A stretch of DNA of 64,000 nt from the human T2T-CHM13v2.0 reference genome, Homo sapiens, in the NCBI RefSeq assembly GCF_009914755.1, contig NC_060926.1; one strand, 5' to 3'. Below, piece by piece: positions 57,923 through 64,000 of this stretch. The position numbers and the translations under genes were made by a program. The number at the start of each line of letters is the position of its first letter. Position 1 is the stretch's first letter. Under the pieces are notes generated by a model. The model ran no database searches. It was not told where the DNA came from and saw only the letters and a program-made list of their open reading frames with translations.

Positions 57923-60669
57923 TTATATAATATAAATATTGCTTCAATTTTAGCTGGATTAAAATTTAAATGCAAAAATTGATCTATTAAATGATTAGAA
58001 ATTTATAAGTTAATATCTTTACTATTTTGGAGTCTGAAAGAACTTTCCACAAGATTACTAAACTTTACTGATAACTAGAAATAGATGCTTCTGTTGCCAA
58101 AATTCAAACTAGCCAGAGACATTTCCCTTTATATTTTTTTTATTTCCCACTTCTTACCCATCTGTCAAGTTTTGGTCAGCTGTATGATTACATAAATAAA
58201 ACCATACAAAAAAAAAACCCTTGTAGTTAGAGGAATTGAACTATTATAAATCACATAGTTGGTTACAAAGAACTTCAGATGGTATTTTATTTCTAGCTAT
58301 TATCTTTAGGTCAGAGAGTTACAGGCAGCTATTTCAGAACTTCAGAGCTGGGATGGACCTGAGAAATCTCACAGAAAAATCTTCTCAGTTTAGAGACAGA
58401 AATTAGGAGTTCAGGAGGGTTTTGTGATGTGCTTTATATTCCACGGCAGTGGTAGATGAGCTAAGACTGGGAGCCCCCTCTCCTAAGTGTCTGTTCTGTA
58501 CTCCTTTTATTATGTTAAAATGGAAACATACATAATTCAAACTAATATGATGGCAAACTGCAATCATAGTTCTCATTTACATTTTTAATCTCCATAAAGA
58601 TAATTTTTTCTACCTCTTTCTTGCTAGAATTGAAGTGAATTTACACCTTAAACTGCACTATTAGAACAAAAACAACTCAAAAGGCAGCCATTAACTTCTC
58701 ACAGAAAATCTTTGCAATGCTCTACAAGTTCTGTGAGACCAGGCTAATGAAGAGAATGCACCTTTAAACTTGGACCTTTCATTATCAGCTACTTCCAATT
58801 TATCTTCTTCAAACTCTCAAACATGTTATAAGTTGAAAAACACACTTGGAAAAAATATAGTGTATTCCTCTCAGTGTTCACATGAAGACATGACTGATAC
58901 ACACAGATAGTGGAGGCCAAATCCAGTTCTTCCCTAGTAAGTGAATTTTCTCCCATTGTGCTCTCTTTCCTATATACCTTTATTAAGCAAACTTTGGGCC
59001 TTTTGAAAGTTGATCTGATATTACTTCACATAAAAACCATCAGGAAGAAAAATCCATCTGTCAGATATAAGTAGGCATTTTGAGCATTCAAACCTTGCTC
59101 TAAGGAACAGTGAGTCATGTGAAATGAAATGTGCAAAGGAAGCTGACACATGAAAGGACAGAACAACAATGATGAGTTCCCAAAGACATGCTGTGGGAGA
59201 AAGAACAATTATAGAGGATCTATTTTTGGGTCCAGCAGTATGAACTGGGAATTTAAAAATCACAGCTTAAGTACAGAAGGAGGAATGATGTCACCCAGCT
59301 TTAAATTTAGGAGAAAATAATTTAGTAGCCTTTAGTTTTAATTTAGGTTATTGCCATTTATTACGATGATACATTATTGAATTGTCAAACGTTTGCAGTC
59401 TAAAAACAAGTTAATGCAGGACATTTAATTTTGTAGGAAAGGCAGCTATGAGGTGTAACATTAATTGCATAATTAATATTTTATTTGCCATGGTACTATA
59501 ATGCCAAACATAAATAACAAGACAAACACATCTGGAACAGCAGTCTTTCTGGAAGCACCAATGCCCCAAAAGCCTGTAGTTAATGCCCAGGATTGAAAAT
59601 GAGACTCTCAGAGTGGCCAGGGAGTTCTAAAAATAATATTTAGAGTCATTTAAAGTTTTTTCTTCGCTTATAAATAAGGTTATCATCTTATGTTCCAATT
59701 ATGAAAAAGTTTTACATCCATTCATAGGAATATAACAGTGACAATGTGAATAGAAAATAAGGAACTCTATAGAGAAAAGGAACTTAGTTCAAATGAGCAA
59801 ATTAGCCCTATTTTATAATGTTAAACATAATTTTTTGTATATATCCATATAATTATGGTTATATGTTTTATACAGTATATATACATATAATATATGATGT
59901 CTGTGGCTAATTTTACAAAATAACTAATATTAATAAATCTAATAGGACACATTCAAATTAATTTAACACTCCCGGTAGTCTGGCCAAGAGAACAGCAATA
60001 TGGAGACTAAGTCCACTGCCAAGGTGCCAAGGAAATAATTTTGTAAGTTTGACAGATGTCCATAATTCCATCTTTATTAATATTTTGTTAGATTGCCTTT
60101 CAAGGTTCTCTTTTATTCTAAAGTTAACTATATGCCTTTCCGTGAAATATTTCTTACTATTGTTAACATGGTCTTATCCTCAGCTTTACTGGAAATGCAA
60201 CATGTTACTTTTATTAGGTCATGAATGTTGTTTTGTAATATATGCAATACCTGAAAGTAGGGCCATCCAAAGTTTTGACAGATGGTAGCACAAGTGGTTG
60301 GTGTATCATCGTAGGACCCTAGATGACAAGAGAACATTCCTGTGAATTTGGTAATATTATGAGTGGATGGTGGGATTTCTCAGAATTTAACCTCAAGTTA
60401 AATACTAGTGTGTTTCTTTGTTAAAACCATAAACATATATATTTCAAATGATACTTTTCAATGGAAAGTTGGGAGGAGACATACCAGGTATATTGAGGTT
60501 GTCACCATGCTAACCTGAAAGTAATCAGTAACTTTGTTCTTGGCATCATATGTCCTAAGAATAGGAACTCCAACAGGCACAAACATGGAGGCAGATAGTG
60601 CCTGTTCTTTAAGGTCTTGGCCCTAGGAAGATGTGTAATCTATGTATGAATGGCTCTGGTCTACAGGCT

Positions 60670-61090
60670 GGGGATATGGTAGTCCCTGCTCTCATGGAGC
60701 TTATATTATAAGGAGAAAAAAAAAAGAAACAAATAAATATTAAAATGGCCAGTTTTGATAAGTGGTATGAAGGATAGTAAAGCAAGCTAAGGGAGAATAG
60801 GGAGAAATGAGAAATGTATGATGGTGGTACACTAGATAGAATAGTCACAAAAAGCATCTCTGAAGAGGTGGTATATGAGCAGTGGACCTGAAGTAAGAGA
60901 GCATACCAAGGAATGTTCAGGAGAATGGTCATTTTTAGAAGAAAGGATGACTGAGTCAATGGTTCTAAGGCAGGAATGACTTGGCTAGTTCAAAGTACAG
61001 AAAGAGAGTCAATATGGTCATAGTGGAGTGAATGAGGGCAAAGAGCATTCAAGAACTGGGTCAAAGAGGGAACCAGAGGCCAAATCTTGT
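60670..61090 (-). mobile_element. L2 fragment (approximate)
   Basis: GTCCCTGCTCTCATGGAGCTTATATT..CTCTGAAGAGGTGG..GGACCTGAAG. Confidence 0.75.
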
Positions 61091-61698
61091 CAGTAATGAG
61101 TTTTAAATCTCCATAAACAGGATGTTACTAACAAGTTAAATTCATTCCCTGTCAAACAAATATGGAAGTTACATAAATGTAGTTTACATACATCCTTTCA
61201 GGCTCAAACTAATGTTGAAAGCAAGACATAGCTAGTTTACCTTGCTTTGCATTTACACACTGTTTGAATTTTAAGAACTTGAAAAATGTCAGAATTGCAT
61301 TTTGTGAATTATTTATCTTAATTAAGTCATAATGACATTTGAAAGGCTTTTAATGACCTTTTGCTTATGGAGCATCAATTTTCTACTATACCCAACAATA
61401 ATCAGATCTATTGCCAATAATTTCTTTAAAGTCAACAGAGATGTTGACCCTCAAAATGTAAACCCTCAAAAATATTCAGAAAGCTTATTATTAAAAGTAA
61501 TCTCTGCAACTGAATCTTTTGTAAATCAAAAATCACTTCCAATTATTTTGAAAAATTACCTTGTAAATGTTTACTCCTTCATGTGTTTTTAAAACATATT
61601 ATATATCACTAAAAATTAACTAACACATTTTATAATTAGAATCATGTGGTCATATTAATTAGATGTGTATTTGTACATTGGCAAAAAGTCTGCATATA

Positions 61699-62038
61699 CA
61701 GTCAACACACTGCATTAGGATGTTGCAGTCAAAGATGGTCCACATATATAACTGTGGTACCATAAGATTTTCATACTGTATTTTTACTGTACTTTCTATG
61801 TTTTGGTGTGTTTAAATACACAAAGACTTACGAGTGTGTTACAGTTGCCTAAAATATTTAGTACAGTGATACAGATTCGCATTCTAGGAGCAATAAGCTT
61901 CACCATACAGCCTAGATGTGTAGTAGGCTATCCTATCTAGGTTTCTGTAAGTACCCTCTGTAATGTTCGCACAATGACAAACTTGCCTAATGACACATTT
62001 CTCAGGACATATCCCAATCCTTAAGTGACACCTGACTG
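61699..62038. mobile_element. Tigger3a/MER7A-like TcMar DNA transposon, full length
   Basis: TA|CAGTC ... GACTG|TA termini with TA TSD; internal CAGCCTAGATGTGTAGTAGGCTAT. Confidence 0.88.
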
Positions 62039-63359
62039 TATTTAGAATCTGGATTTCTAAAAGCTATTTCAGAAAAAATAAAAGTTCCTATTAGTCTCAG
62101 CCTTTATTGGCATACATATGAAATTTACCAGGTTCAAAGTTGAAGTTTATTTTGAGTATTTTCCCAACTTGCTAGAAAATACCACTAGAAGTAGAAATAC
62201 TCAGAAGCATTATTTTTTTTCTGCATGGTTCTTTTTTCATCCCAGCCAAAAATGCTATGAAAGAATCTTTCCAGCTTTTTGGTGTTTGGGACATGTAAAT
62301 GGTCACTTCTGGCTATCAGAAAATGTATTGATGAGTTAATTTTGGTTAATAAACATGTTGCATATATTAATAAAATTACAATGTATGTGTGAACATGTAT
62401 TTACTACCTCTTCTGAAAAATATCGGTTATCTGTGGTATTAAATTATGTACTAAAATGGATTAATAGGCAAGAAGAAAGGACAAAAAGAAAACATTATTA
62501 AGCCCCAATGTGAAAGATAAAAATACCTAGAGAAAACTCAAAAGAAAGAGCTAATTTTGTTCAAGTAGCAAAACTGGCTGAAATGGTTGGACAATAAAAT
62601 CCTAATCAACTAAATCTGGAAAACACAGAAAAGAAATACAGCAAATAGGGATAACACCTATACTTTCTTGATATAATGTTGCCATGGTGAAATATAACAA
62701 CTTATCTGAAGAAAAAATATATAAACCTAAGTATATTTATGAAGAGAAAATCAGAACCTTGAAGAAATATACTGGTTAAATTCAGCTGATGCCTATAAAG
62801 GCAATCAAGTGAATTAAAAAATGAGGAATTATGTGAAAAACACAAACTTCAATGCTTTCTATGATGTTTTGACGCCTAAGAAATAATTTTTTACAATAGG
62901 TAGAGAGACACAATCACTCTCAGGAGATATGTAAGCTTCATAAATTATTGTAAATGTGCAACCAATTTTTAAAAAAGAAGACATACACACCCTGAATAGA
63001 ATTATTCATTTTCTTCCTCTCTTTATTTTTCAAAGGAGATTTTGATAGATATTAGATAAAGTTTTTGAATAAAGAGAAATAGAAAGTTAGAGCTAAGATT
63101 CAAGACATTTTCTATCTGTGTTCTTGTTCATGAGAAATGTTATTCATACATATCCAATTTTAAAAGCAATAAAACATATTTTTGCTTTCCCTGGACCACC
63201 TAACCAAAGAGAGATACTTAATCCTTCTCTTAAATAGTTACAAGCAAAAAGTGACTTAATTATAACCCTGCAACATTAAGTCACTGCCATTCAATTAGAA
63301 ACAAATGTTTCAGAGGAAAATTTTAATTCATTTAGCTTACAAATTCATTGTGACTCATA

Positions 63360-64000
63360 ATAAGGAAAATGCAGATTAAAACCACAATGAGATGCTATGT
63401 TACACTCAGCAGACTAGCAACAATTAAAAAGTTTGACAATAATACACAGCATTAGAAAAGATATGACGCAATGGAAACCTCATACACTGTTGGTGGGAGT
63501 ATAAATTGGCATAAGCATTTTGAACTGCTAGGATCCTGAAATCTCACTGAAAAATATATCCTCAAAAAATCATGGACATATGTGTACCAGGAGATATGTT
63601 AACAAAATGTTCATAGCCTCATTGTTTGTAATAGCAAAACTGTGGAAGCAATCCAGATGTTCCTCAGCAGGAAAAAGGATAAATACATTGTGTTACATTC
63701 ATACAATGGAACACTGTAATAGTGAAAGGAAAGAACCACAGCTATACCCATTAACAATGATTTATCTCAAGAACATAATGCTGAATGGAAGAAGCAAGTC
63801 TTCAAAGAATGTATTCAAGATAACTCCACTTTCATTAAAGTAAAAATAAAAGCAGAAAAATAAAGTAATAGTTTGCCCAGAAACCATATGTGGTAAAGTC
63901 ATAAAGTAAAACAAGGAAATGATTAGTACAAGCTTAGGATAAAGGTTTACTTCTGAGAATGTCCATGTGAGTCAATCAGGGAAGAACATGATGGACAATC
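63360..64000 (+). mobile_element. Old L1 (L1MD/ME-like) ORF2 3' end and 3'UTR
   Basis: GAAAATGCAGATTAAAACCACAATGAGAT; CATACACTGTTGGTGGGAGTATAAATTGG; ORF 63580 reads MFIASLFVIAKLWKQ, similar to the L1 ORF2 C-terminus. Confidence 0.85.

Overview
AT-rich primate (almost certainly human) genomic DNA from inside the CALCRL gene (calcitonin receptor-like receptor, a class B GPCR that forms CGRP/adrenomedullin receptors with RAMPs), transcribed on the minus strand. Seven exons cluster at 7865-16713: two 5'UTR exons and five coding exons. The coding exons total 500 nt (codons 1-167: signal peptide, extracellular domain, TM1), all with GT-AG boundaries. Positions 16714-64000 are part of the long first intron and 1-7864 part of the intron after the TM1 exon, so exon 1 and the 3' exons lie outside the window; exon numbering and UTR exon identity rely on my recall of the mRNA. 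The introns carry about 11 Alus (including a consensus-like AluYb8), MaLR LTRs (THE1, MLT1), nested L1 fragments, L2/MIR, DNA-transposon fossils, STRs and a 5'-truncated GAPDH processed pseudogene. I see no evidence of a genuinely new biological system. The best leads are an inverted-Alu arrangement bracketing the exon cluster (circRNA / ECD-TM1 decoy hypothesis), uORF and in-frame upstream AUG architecture, a near-perfect 34-bp-arm palindrome, a strong antisense splice acceptor with a TACTAAC branch point, and a chimeric GAPDH-derived ORF. Repeat subfamily names are by-eye calls and boundaries of old repeats are approximate.
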